This document shows, piece after piece, positions 45,361-55,506 of a stretch of DNA of 64,000 nucleotides. This stretch comes from a virus. Taxonomy: Duplodnaviria > Caudoviricetes. The stretch's first letter is position 1, and every line of letters starts with the position of its first letter. The stretch is taken from the IMG/VR virus record IMGVR_UViG_3300007551_000004, positions 400 through 64,399 of that record; one strand, 5' to 3'. The position numbers and the translations under genes are program-made. The notes under the pieces were generated by a model, which was given only the letters and a program-made list of their open reading frames with translations, made no database searches and was not told the DNA's origin.

Positions 45361-48300
45361 TAAAAATTTAATTAAAGATCCTAATGATGTAACCGACCAA
45401 TTTACATTGGCAAATCCAGGGATCATACCGATTGGTGGTGATACAGTTATAAATGATTTCACAGTATTAAACCAAGCACAATTAAGTCCATTTGAATTAG
45501 CTTGGATTAATTCAAACGCACTAAATAGATATCAAGCTGAGGCAACAGAGTTAATTGATAACACTAGAGAGTTATCATTAAATAATTCACCAAACACGCC
45601 TCAGAATCCATACTTAACTGCCGATAAGTTAAATAACTCAGACCCAACTAATCTGCAATTTTCTGACTTTATTAATTTACCAACAGCCTCAACACCATTA
45701 AGTGCTTTATTAGGTACTGATTTGGATTTGGCTAATTTATTAACCGAGCCAGGCGTTAAAAATGACACTGTATTAGCACAAATTGGTGCGTTACAATTAA
45801 AGTTTCATTTAGAAGCTAATGTTGCTGCTAAAGTTGCAGCTGAAGCTTTGGGTTATACAGCTCTAGACGATATTGTTACAAACCCGTTAAAAATTATTGA
45901 AGCTATAAAAAACCCAGGTAAAGCTATTTTTGATATAAATGGTAATAACGATATAACAACGTTACCAGGTGGTTTAGGTAAGGTGGCTAGTTTCTTATCC
46001 GATGTAGCGGGTGTAAACGGTTTAACAACATATGCACAATCATATTTAGGGGATGATGGTGTGGTTTTAAGACCGACTTGTTTTGAAGATTATGAGTCAG
46101 ATAGGAAATTAGACGAGAGAGATTTAGAAAGAATCGATAGAACTGGTAGAGGGCAAAGATTCTCGTTGTTTACTAATTTAGGTATTAATAAATATACACC
46201 AGAATTCGTTAATAAATTAGATGGTACTAATTTAAAAATGATTGGTAGTTTAGCCAAATCACAAGGATCAACCGATGTATTTAAAACATATATAAGTGGT
46301 GGCCTTAACCCATTATTTTATTTACTACAAGATAGAAACGGTTTACAGGTTAAAGGTAATAGTGAGTTAACGAAAGCAATAACATTTGACCCCACCAACC
46401 CAGGTGCTCCTTTTTCTGAACCTGGTGTTGAAACCGTATCTAAATACGGGTCAGTTAAAACTTCTTTTGTTTGGAGAGGCCCAACCAAAGAAACGTTTTT
46501 AGATCCAATAAATAAAGAAACGACTACCGATATTTGGGATGGTAGGTTAACAGATAAAACTAGATCAAACGATACTAGTGCGTTTAAATTTAGAGATTGC
46601 TCAATTTTAGCAACGACACAAAAATTACTAGAAAGTGGTTTAGAAAATGTTGCAATTAGATCAATTGACCAAACAAAAACTAAATTTAGCGATGGATATA
46701 GTTTTGCGCCAAAAAGTAGTGGTGTAATAACCCCATTTAGGAAAGAAATTTTTGGTGATGACGGTAAAATAATCGGGTTTAAATATTTAGTCCCAGGGCT
46801 AGATAAATCAGGTAACCGTGACGATACTAGAATGTATAATGAGGTCGAGCTTTGTAGAGCTTGGACCAAGTCAAAACCATTTACAAAGATCACAGATCTT
46901 ATTAGATGGAAAGAATTAAATAGAAAAGAAAGAAACTCCGTATTAGATAGATACGGTAATTTAAATATACACCCATCAGCACTTAACGTTAACGAAGGTT
47001 ACGGTAGATTAGGTGATGGTGTTGGTGACGCTGTTGTTGAAGCCTTTGGTGAAAGAAGAGCTAGAAAATACATGTTCTCAATCGAAAATCTAGCTTGGAG
47101 AGAATCAATATTATTTACAGACTTACCAGCATGTGAAAAAGGTGCTAACGGTGGAAGAATTATGTGGTTCCCACCATATAACATCAGATTTACTGACGAC
47201 ACAACAACAAACTGGACAACCCACCAATTCTTAGGTAGACCAGAACCGATTTATACGTATAACAACACTGAAAGATCTGGTACTTTATCATGGGATATAG
47301 TAGTTGACCACCCAACAGTACTTAATTTATTAGTACAAAAAGAATTTGCCGCATTAACAGATGGTGAGGTTGATGAATTATTAGCCGCTTTCTGGGCTGG
47401 TTGTTTGGAATATGACACCTTTGAATTAGCGAGAATATGGGGTGTATTTAGTGATTCAGATATAGAGTATTTTAAAAAGGTTATTAGTGATTTAGATGTT
47501 AGATTACCTAATGATACATTAAGAAAAAAGATATTTGATGGTGATGCTGCTAAGGATTCAACAGTAAAAATCGACTCAACAACTGAGACACAACCATTTA
47601 TACCTAATTTTAGATTATTTTTCGAAAATGACATACCATTACCATCAACATCGTATACCAAAACGGGTACAAGTTTTGTTGTTGAACCATATGACGTTTA
47701 TTTTGAAACATATAGAAAACTATCCGAAGGTATTGAATTAAGTCAAAACTCAGAATACAAAGAAGAGGCGATTAGACTTAATTATACTAGTAACTCAAAA
47801 AGCTGGATTAGATACGACAGAACCATAGGTAAAAAAATGTCAGAACCTTCTGATTATTTCTTTAATAAAAAGACTGGGCAAACAAAAATATATGGTTACG
47901 AAAAACAATATTTAGATACATTAAAATCTGACTACTCAGCTGAGAATTATGGTAAAGTTAAAAAGTATGATTTAACCATAAACATGGTGGCACACGCATC
48001 ACCATCGGCACCTGGGTATAGTTTAGATGCGATTAACAAATATAATGATAAGTTAGCAGCGAGACGATTTGTTTCTGTTGTTAAATGGTTAGTTAGAGAT
48101 GTATTTACCAGTGAATCTTTAGGTGTTGTATGTTATAATGAAGCTGGTGTTGAGATAAATAAAACAAACATAAACGATTTGTTTGTTAAAAATTTAGAGG
48201 ACACAAAAGATATCGTTTTATTTAGAGGTATTAAAGGTGAATCACTAAAACAAAAAATCACATTAAACGTAGAAGCGGCAAATGGTTTAACAACTTATGA

Positions 48301-51300
48301 TGTTTTTTCAAAAACACCAGGGACTGAGTATAAAGATTTATTTGGTGGGCCTAAAACAACTAAAGTTGATGGGGTTGAATATGATTATTATGAAATACCG
48401 TATAATAATGATGGTACAACTGAAATGTATTATATGGTTAAGACGCATAATGAGCGTGACAAAGTTTTAGGTAAATTTAAACCTAATGGTACTTTAATCG
48501 ATAACGATTATATAGGTACTTGTGTGTCAATAAGAACTTCAAATGGCTCAGCCACTCAAATAAATAGAAAAAAAGCAGATGTTGTTTGTGGTAACTTATC
48601 CGCAATCGCATCATACGCTAGACGAGTTGAGATCAAAACTGGTGTAATCCCTAAAGAAATACCGATTATTAAGACATTTCCACCAGAAGAAAAACCACCA
48701 TTATATGATGATAATCCATTATCATCTACAAATGTAACAAAAAGAGAAATTGCACAAAGAATATTAAATAAACTATTAACCGAATGTGATTATTTTGAGT
48801 TTTTATCTGAGGAAGCACCAATAGTGTACAATAGTTTAAAACAAAAATTAAAATACTTTACACCTGCGTTCCACTCAATGACACCAGAAGGTTTAAACGC
48901 TAGATTAACCTTCCTACAACAGTGCATGAGACCAGGTGATACTATTCTTAAAAACAATGGTGAGGCTAATTGTGACGCTAAAAACACGGCATTTGGTAGA
49001 CCACCAGTCTGTGTTCTAAGAATCGGTGATTTTTACCACACCAAGATAATTATAAACAATTTAAACATATCTTACGATCCATTAGTATGGGACTTAAACC
49101 CAGAAGGTATTGGTGTACAACCAATGTTAGCTAAAGTACAGTTAAGTTTTAAATATATTGGCGGTCAAGGTTTAAGAAGATATGTTGATGAATTGCAAAA
49201 TGCATTATCGTTTAACTATTATGCGAATGCTGATGTTTATGATGAAAGAACTTTTGCGAACACAGATAGAAGAGAAAGAGATTTGATAAATCTTGAACAA
49301 GATTTCTTTGCACAAAATTCATTGGATTTAATTCCGATTGTTAATAGGGCGGAATTAATCACGCCATTAGAACCAACGTTAGATTTACCAGCTGGAACAG
49401 TTGGTGTTATGAGTAAAAGATTGGTCCCTAAGTTGGCTGGTGGTACATACTACAATTCATTAGTTGCGGCAACAGTTTATGAAAATAGATTTTACCCAGC
49501 TGAAGCCTGTGTTATATATCAAGGCCAATATTATGTTAGAAAAGATACCAACTCTGGTCAAATATTCCTACCAACTGATACTAATAATTGGACAGCTGTT
49601 GACCATTCAAATTTTGGCGAATTTGCGTTTAGACAAGAATATGGTAGAACCTATATCCAAAGATATGAGATAAACTATAAAAATATTTTTGGTGAGATGT
49701 ATAAAACTTTTGGTGAGTATGTACATGCTTTAGTTTACGGTGAAGAAAAGGTACAATCAACGGTATACGATGATTACCAAGTACTTAAATCGATATTAAA
49801 AAGTAAAAACTACAACAAACCAATCTCAACAACTGGCGATACTATCCAATCAATGATAGACGCAATAACAGGTAATACAATACCAGTTGGCGCTGTTAGC
49901 GGTATGACATATTTTGAGATTTTTAATAAAGTCGCTGTTGATAAGAAATATATTGAAGTTAATGATGTGTTTAAAAAACACCCATTATTCTTGGATAGAA
50001 ATAACAACAAACCAGAACAATTTGAGGCGTTGAAGTTGAATTTACATCCACAGGAGTATATGTTTAAGGTTGGTAATGGTTTGGGTATTCCATATGCTTT
50101 TAACGCTTTAACTGGTGCCACTAATAACGGTAGAAGTGATAAGTTTTTCCCTGGTTCATTCACCGATGGGTTCACTAGTTATTTTGAAGGTGTTTCAGAG
50201 ACTGGAGGTATCTTCTTTAAAGATTCAGCAACATCATTAAGAACATATAATGAAATAATGGAGAACTTCTCAAAAGAGTTCAAAACTAAACTACGATTAA
50301 ATTTATTACCTATTTGGGATAATAAATACGATAAAGATTTAAAGGTATTTAAAAATTATTATTCTAAGTTGGATAATGGACATAGAATAATTATTAGATC
50401 ATATCTAACATCCTTATTTGATTCATATTATAATGAACTTAAGAGTGCAGATGAGGAAATGAGTAATGTTATAAATGATAAAATAGCTAAACTTAGTGTG
50501 ATATTGGCTGGTTTATCTTTACCATTATATGGTTATGACGCTAGAAAAGTTGATGAGAGCAGAGTTCAATTATATGAGGTAATACCTAATGCTAAGAAAT
50601 TAGGTGTTAAAGGTACCGATCTATTTGGTTACGAACCATATACGCATTATAAGAAATTAGGTTATGCGGGTGGAGACGTATTGGCGTTTTCTGATATTAA
50701 AACAATATATGATGATGTTGAAAACGGTTGGGATGGTCAAACATCACCATCTTTCTCAGACTATGTTGGTATGGGTAATGGTTTATATTTCTTTAAACAA
50801 CTCACAAATATGAGTTATACTGGAACAACAACGGGTGAAACAACATCAGTTATGAAAGAGTATGAAAGAAATATGACCGCAATCGCAACTAAAGCGTTTA
50901 ATTTCCCAGCACTTGAAAATATGCCTAATTTATATAATTTTGAAAACTTATTACCTAAGGCCAAAGCTTTTTCAAATTTAAGTGCTGTAATTAATTTTGG
51001 TACTGGTGATTATTATTTCAATACGGCTTATTCGTTTAATCCGTTAGAATTTGGTAATACCGCAACCGAAAGAACGCTTGAAACTACAGCGGATAATTTA
51101 GTTACTAGGACAGCTAGTGGTGACATAGTGTCAACATTAAATAATAGTTATATTGACAATGACTATGGTATGAAATATACCTGGGAGAAAATTAATTATG
51201 AGATATTAGATTTTAGTAATAAGACGTTAGATTTAATGTTATCAGATTCATTAGAAATAAAAACTAATGACGTTGATTTATTATATACACCTAATCTTGA

Positions 51301-52240
51301 GTTTGACGTACAATTAGATTCTTTAACTGGTGTAACTATAGGGGTAACAACTGGAACAACTACTGGTACGACTACTGGTGCAACTACTGGTGCAACTACT
51401 GGTACTAGCGAATCATTCGTTGTTACAAAACAGAGCTTATTTTATTATGGTGATAATAAAAAACCAAACGATAATATAAACCCAATAAACTATTATTTAT
51501 TTAATGACCAAAACCCTAATATTACTGGTACAGATTTACAACAAACATTAACTAAGTTAAATGAGGTATTACCTTATGAATTTACAATTAATAATGATTA
51601 TGTAAATGCGTTACCTAATGGAATTAAAAACCAATTAAAACCAGTTAGTGGGACAACATTTAACGAAAAAATTAAATTAACGGCTATACAAGAAATGGTC
51701 TTTATGGATTTCTTTGTTAGGTTAGACCAAGATAAAGAAACACACATAAATTTACTTAAACAGTATTGTTATGAAGCGTTCTCAGTACCTGCAAATATAA
51801 AGGATAAACCTAAACAAGTGGAGGATTACCTAAATAAAAGAAAGAAAGACGTTGACTTGGTTTTAGGGCAGATATTTATGTTATTTAGTGCATTTATAAG
51901 TGAATTAAATTCACCGATAACTTCTTTAAATAAAGATATATCTGAAACAAAAACAAATACAGTTAAAAATATTAATAAAAATCTATTCAGTTCAACTAGC
52001 GAGTTCTTACCATCATCGGATGAAATCATGAATAAAATGATTAAAGGTAGTGATGAACAGTACACGTTAATAATGAGGGAGACTAGTAAACTAGATTCAA
52101 CTATAGTTAGAAACTTAAAACTATTTACAAAATACAAAAAAGACCCTATTATTAATCTAAAATCTGTGGAAGAACCAAAAGTTGTTGTTAAAAACGAAAC
52201 AACCCAGTTAGCTGAAGAATACCCAGAACTATACCAATAA
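44417..52240 (+). CDS. Giant baseplate/tube-initiator-like protein with OmpA-like domain (main segment)
   Basis: Repeats, then MWFPPY..F.D, an OmpA-like AHAS...YN.KLA.RR..SV..W...RRVEI segment, and FGRPPVCVLRIGDFYHTKIII..L.ISYD..WD tube-initiator-like segment. True start probably 43535. Confidence 0.7.
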   Translation: MVANPGTVLSDAIQPRIFNFSQTLVTPTDITSGVQNLTPNSIIASQYLSGKGSFTQIGTSPNLNPGDVLSDALTPRQLNFNRTLNTPADIDAGLNNLSGGYAAQYLSGRGSFSVINDYTNVNPGNVQSDAVAPRQLNFNRTLNTPVDITAGLNNLSGSFAAQYLSGRGTDTTINDFPNLNPGTVLLQALTPRQLNLNMNLNTPVDITAGLTNLSGSIAAQYLAGRGTDTVINNFNVLNPGDVLSDALTPRALNLSMTLNTPGDITTGLGDLTANAALTAQYLSGRGTMTTINTMQNSNPGDVVTIANPLRISLFNKNLIKDPNDVTDQFTLANPGIIPIGGDTVINDFTVLNQAQLSPFELAWINSNALNRYQAEATELIDNTRELSLNNSPNTPQNPYLTADKLNNSDPTNLQFSDFINLPTASTPLSALLGTDLDLANLLTEPGVKNDTVLAQIGALQLKFHLEANVAAKVAAEALGYTALDDIVTNPLKIIEAIKNPGKAIFDINGNNDITTLPGGLGKVASFLSDVAGVNGLTTYAQSYLGDDGVVLRPTCFEDYESDRKLDERDLERIDRTGRGQRFSLFTNLGINKYTPEFVNKLDGTNLKMIGSLAKSQGSTDVFKTYISGGLNPLFYLLQDRNGLQVKGNSELTKAITFDPTNPGAPFSEPGVETVSKYGSVKTSFVWRGPTKETFLDPINKETTTDIWDGRLTDKTRSNDTSAFKFRDCSILATTQKLLESGLENVAIRSIDQTKTKFSDGYSFAPKSSGVITPFRKEIFGDDGKIIGFKYLVPGLDKSGNRDDTRMYNEVELCRAWTKSKPFTKITDLIRWKELNRKERNSVLDRYGNLNIHPSALNVNEGYGRLGDGVGDAVVEAFGERRARKYMFSIENLAWRESILFTDLPACEKGANGGRIMWFPPYNIRFTDDTTTNWTTHQFLGRPEPIYTYNNTERSGTLSWDIVVDHPTVLNLLVQKEFAALTDGEVDELLAAFWAGCLEYDTFELARIWGVFSDSDIEYFKKVISDLDVRLPNDTLRKKIFDGDAAKDSTVKIDSTTETQPFIPNFRLFFENDIPLPSTSYTKTGTSFVVEPYDVYFETYRKLSEGIELSQNSEYKEEAIRLNYTSNSKSWIRYDRTIGKKMSEPSDYFFNKKTGQTKIYGYEKQYLDTLKSDYSAENYGKVKKYDLTINMVAHASPSAPGYSLDAINKYNDKLAARRFVSVVKWLVRDVFTSESLGVVCYNEAGVEINKTNINDLFVKNLEDTKDIVLFRGIKGESLKQKITLNVEAANGLTTYDVFSKTPGTEYKDLFGGPKTTKVDGVEYDYYEIPYNNDGTTEMYYMVKTHNERDKVLGKFKPNGTLIDNDYIGTCVSIRTSNGSATQINRKKADVVCGNLSAIASYARRVEIKTGVIPKEIPIIKTFPPEEKPPLYDDNPLSSTNVTKREIAQRILNKLLTECDYFEFLSEEAPIVYNSLKQKLKYFTPAFHSMTPEGLNARLTFLQQCMRPGDTILKNNGEANCDAKNTAFGRPPVCVLRIGDFYHTKIIINNLNISYDPLVWDLNPEGIGVQPMLAKVQLSFKYIGGQGLRRYVDELQNALSFNYYANADVYDERTFANTDRRERDLINLEQDFFAQNSLDLIPIVNRAELITPLEPTLDLPAGTVGVMSKRLVPKLAGGTYYNSLVAATVYENRFYPAEACVIYQGQYYVRKDTNSGQIFLPTDTNNWTAVDHSNFGEFAFRQEYGRTYIQRYEINYKNIFGEMYKTFGEYVHALVYGEEKVQSTVYDDYQVLKSILKSKNYNKPISTTGDTIQSMIDAITGNTIPVGAVSGMTYFEIFNKVAVDKKYIEVNDVFKKHPLFLDRNNNKPEQFEALKLNLHPQEYMFKVGNGLGIPYAFNALTGATNNGRSDKFFPGSFTDGFTSYFEGVSETGGIFFKDSATSLRTYNEIMENFSKEFKTKLRLNLLPIWDNKYDKDLKVFKNYYSKLDNGHRIIIRSYLTSLFDSYYNELKSADEEMSNVINDKIAKLSVILAGLSLPLYGYDARKVDESRVQLYEVIPNAKKLGVKGTDLFGYEPYTHYKKLGYAGGDVLAFSDIKTIYDDVENGWDGQTSPSFSDYVGMGNGLYFFKQLTNMSYTGTTTGETTSVMKEYERNMTAIATKAFNFPALENMPNLYNFENLLPKAKAFSNLSAVINFGTGDYYFNTAYSFNPLEFGNTATERTLETTADNLVTRTASGDIVSTLNNSYIDNDYGMKYTWEKINYEILDFSNKTLDLMLSDSLEIKTNDVDLLYTPNLEFDVQLDSLTGVTIGVTTGTTTGTTTGATTGATTGTSESFVVTKQSLFYYGDNKKPNDNINPINYYLFNDQNPNITGTDLQQTLTKLNEVLPYEFTINNDYVNALPNGIKNQLKPVSGTTFNEKIKLTAIQEMVFMDFFVRLDQDKETHINLLKQYCYEAFSVPANIKDKPKQVEDYLNKRKKDVDLVLGQIFMLFSAFISELNSPITSLNKDISETKTNTVKNINKNLFSSTSEFLPSSDEIMNKMIKGSDEQYTLIMRETSKLDSTIVRNLKLFTKYKKDPIINLKSVEEPKVVVKNETTQLAEEYPELYQ
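51326..51406 (+). repeat. Thr/Gly-rich 12-nt coding repeat, (TTG[T/A])n
   Basis: Encodes TGVTIGVTTGTTTGTTTGATTGATTGT. Confidence 0.85.
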
Positions 52241-52244
52241 AAAT

Positions 52245-52568
52245 ATGGCTTTAAATTATTTTAATAGATATAAAACATTAGACACAGAAACAAGACACGT
52301 TTCGCCACCCTTTATTAAATTAAATAATAAAGCGAGTGATATTTTTGTTGTTTACGAAGTTGGTAAAAGTAGGTTGGATAAATTAAGCCAACAACACTAC
52401 TCAGTACCATACTATGGTTGGTTAATAATGATGGCTAACCCAGAATTAGGGGCTGTCGAGTGGGAAATACCTGACGGTACGCCATTAAGAATCCCATACC
52501 CTTTACAGGAAACTTTAAAAGAGTATGAGTCTAAGTTAAAAAACAGATTAAACTATTATGGCGGTTAA
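52245..52568 (+). CDS. LysM-like baseplate wedge protein, T4 gp53/tail-X-like
   Basis: SRLDKLSQQHYSVPYYGWLIMMANP...IPDGTPLRIPYP. Confidence 0.75.
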   Translation: MALNYFNRYKTLDTETRHVSPPFIKLNNKASDIFVVYEVGKSRLDKLSQQHYSVPYYGWLIMMANPELGAVEWEIPDGTPLRIPYPLQETLKEYESKLKNRLNYYGG

Positions 52569-55506
52569 TTATGATGAGAAAATTCTATCTAGAATAGGTT
52601 CAAGAACCGATAATAAACTTAATGAGGAAATAAAAAACGGAATATTTGTTGTTGATCCAAATAAGATTGTTACCGAAGACTATAGCGGCCAATATATTAA
52701 AGATAGGTATGTAAAACAAGAGGATATGGTTATGTATGCAAACATAACCGCAAGAATGGCACCCGACAACCATATATTAGAAAATGGTAACGGTGATTCC
52801 GATATTGTTGTTTCTCTAGGTCAGATAGGTGTAAACTTTTTAAACCCATATTCACAAGCCCCTAGAGATGAAAAAAGTGGAAAGATCATATTTGGCGATA
52901 AAAAGTTTAAAGATAAGTTCACAACTGAGTGGTCCGATTATTTCACATCTAATGCTGAACAAGGTACTTTTTTTGACCCTGAAACTTTTGGTATATCCAA
53001 CATAGATGTAACACACAACGCATCGCTAACACCAATTATTAAGGCTGAATTTATCGATGTACAAGGTAGAACACTACTTGAGCGTGGTAATGATCCAGAA
53101 AACCCATACAATATATTTTACAGGTTCCCATACCCATTATTCACCCTAACAATAAAGGGTTATTTTGGTAAAGCAATAGAATACCCGTTGGTGATGACAA
53201 AAACATCAACAACTTTTGACGCTAATACGGGTAACTATGTTATTAGAGCTGAATTTCTATCAAAAACATTTTCACTTTATAATAACTTTTTAATGTTTTA
53301 TTCATATGTAGCCCCATACATGTACAAAGATCCAGATAAAGAAAACACTTTTTTGGGTAGAAAATTATTAAGGGCTTTATATGATAAGCAAAATAAGGAG
53401 TATGAAAAAATTTATGGGGCCGACAGTCCTGAGTACAAAAAAAGACAAATAGACGGTGCGCCAACACTAATTGATTTAGCGAGGGGTCAGGAAGAGTTAA
53501 ATATTAGTGAATTACAATTTGGCGAATCTTTAAACCAGCTAAATGAAAAAAGACAAAAAGCCATTTCAATAATATCTGATTTAGAATCCTCACTTAAGCA
53601 AAATCAAATAACAGAACTTAAAAATTGGAAAAAATTTTTAAGGTATGATGATAGTGATAGAAATCTTAAAAAATATTTTTTAAGTGAAGATTATACTAGT
53701 AGGTTAATTAAAAATGATTGGTTAGATTTAAAAGAAAGAACTTTTCAAAGTTCTGGGGCACCATTTACACCATATAACATATATGGTGGTGAATATAAGA
53801 AAAATTTCGACAAGATATCTGAATTAAGTGAAGATGGCGGTCAAGATATTATAACGGTTATACTTAATAAAATTAAGTTGGCTGTTTTAGATAGGCGTTT
53901 ACCTGAGGGTTACTTAACAGCCTTAAGTCTTAGAAATATTACAAAACCATCTGAATTTTTAGTTGAGGAAATAATTTTATTTAATTACACATCATCTAGA
54001 AACCCAGATGACGTAAATCTCATATATTATACTGATAAATATTTACAAGAACTAAACAAGATAGTAACTTCCGAACTATCAACCCTGTACTCTAACAACG
54101 AAAGCGATCTAATTGACGGTCTATCTTTTAATTTAAAAGAAAAGTTAGGTTTTGTACCAAACATGACAAATGTTGTAAGAATATTGATGAATAATATGCA
54201 AGTATTCTTATCATTACTAAACCTAGTGGCGTTAAATTCTTATAGACAAATAGAACGTGATGAAAAAAGAAGGGTAAACCAACAAACTTTTGGTGAATAT
54301 GGTGTTACCGATTATAGTGACGATAAGATTTTTTACCCATTTCCAAATTACTACGAAAAGGTTGTTGACCCTTTAACAGGTAATAGTACTTGGAAAAAGA
54401 CATATCCTGGTGATGATAAAAATATTGGTTGGTTTGAGGTTCAGTTTGTTGAGGAAATGTTTCGTGCAATGGAACATATGAAATCGCAACAAGGCGAAGG
54501 GAAGAAGCATATGGATAAAACCCCTGTTGACGGGGCCGAATTTATTGAAAAGGTTTTAACACAATCATCAACAACGGAATTAAATAAGATGGCATTATCG
54601 TCATCCCTTTTGGTGATGAACAATTTGGATTACTATAATGATGCACAAACACAATCAGAAACAATCTCTGAGTTCATTGAAAAGATATTATTATATGCAT
54701 CTAATAGTTTTGTACATAAATCAGGTGATGTTAGTAAGATAAACGCAATAGTTAAAAAATTAGTGGACAACGAGTTTTCTTTATTAAATAAAAAACAATA
54801 TAATAAAGATGCTGGTGATGTTAAAAAATTCTATGACGGTATAAAATTTAGGGTTGAGGAACTTGGTATTAAAAAGGGCTATGATGTATTTTTGGAGACC
54901 TTTGTTGGTGGAACCGAAACATCAGATGCGATTATTTCCACAAACCAATCTACCATCACAAAAATTAAAGACATTATAAACACACAAAATTATGACCCAG
55001 CAACTTTAGCTGGTTACTATAGTGACTTACTAAATAATATCGGTGCAAATGGTATTAGTGTTGATAGGTACTCTAGATTATATAGATATGATGCGTTAGA
55101 ATATTCAGGGAGGAAATCGAACACAACAACCACGCCAGTCAGAGCTTTATTTTTTAACGGTTTACAAAAACATGAACAATATACACCCAATGACCAACTA
55201 AAAGATATATCAGTAACAATTGAAGGTTATTTAAAATCAAACCCAGAACCAAGTACAGGTCCTGGTTACATGATTTATGAGGGTATTGGTGATTACATTA
55301 AAAAAGATTTTCCTAAATTTAATATAAATGAGGTGGTAACATCGAATCAAAAAACGATTAATGGGTTAACACCCACGTTAAAAACTGATAAAATTTTTAA
55401 CAGTAAAACGTTTTTTGATTCTGAAAAACGTCAAGAGGAAGTTTTAGTTTTAGACAACACAAAAAAAATTAACGATAACACTACATATAGTAAAGTGAGA
55501 ATATAA
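52558..55506 (+). CDS. Large baseplate (hub-associated) structural protein
   Basis: 982 aa in the baseplate operon; FGISNIDV...P.I..EFIDVQGRTL and F..PYP.F.LTIKGYFG blocks. Confidence 0.6.
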   Translation: MAVNYDEKILSRIGSRTDNKLNEEIKNGIFVVDPNKIVTEDYSGQYIKDRYVKQEDMVMYANITARMAPDNHILENGNGDSDIVVSLGQIGVNFLNPYSQAPRDEKSGKIIFGDKKFKDKFTTEWSDYFTSNAEQGTFFDPETFGISNIDVTHNASLTPIIKAEFIDVQGRTLLERGNDPENPYNIFYRFPYPLFTLTIKGYFGKAIEYPLVMTKTSTTFDANTGNYVIRAEFLSKTFSLYNNFLMFYSYVAPYMYKDPDKENTFLGRKLLRALYDKQNKEYEKIYGADSPEYKKRQIDGAPTLIDLARGQEELNISELQFGESLNQLNEKRQKAISIISDLESSLKQNQITELKNWKKFLRYDDSDRNLKKYFLSEDYTSRLIKNDWLDLKERTFQSSGAPFTPYNIYGGEYKKNFDKISELSEDGGQDIITVILNKIKLAVLDRRLPEGYLTALSLRNITKPSEFLVEEIILFNYTSSRNPDDVNLIYYTDKYLQELNKIVTSELSTLYSNNESDLIDGLSFNLKEKLGFVPNMTNVVRILMNNMQVFLSLLNLVALNSYRQIERDEKRRVNQQTFGEYGVTDYSDDKIFYPFPNYYEKVVDPLTGNSTWKKTYPGDDKNIGWFEVQFVEEMFRAMEHMKSQQGEGKKHMDKTPVDGAEFIEKVLTQSSTTELNKMALSSSLLVMNNLDYYNDAQTQSETISEFIEKILLYASNSFVHKSGDVSKINAIVKKLVDNEFSLLNKKQYNKDAGDVKKFYDGIKFRVEELGIKKGYDVFLETFVGGTETSDAIISTNQSTITKIKDIINTQNYDPATLAGYYSDLLNNIGANGISVDRYSRLYRYDALEYSGRKSNTTTTPVRALFFNGLQKHEQYTPNDQLKDISVTIEGYLKSNPEPSTGPGYMIYEGIGDYIKKDFPKFNINEVVTSNQKTINGLTPTLKTDKIFNSKTFFDSEKRQEEVLVLDNTKKINDNTTYSKVRI

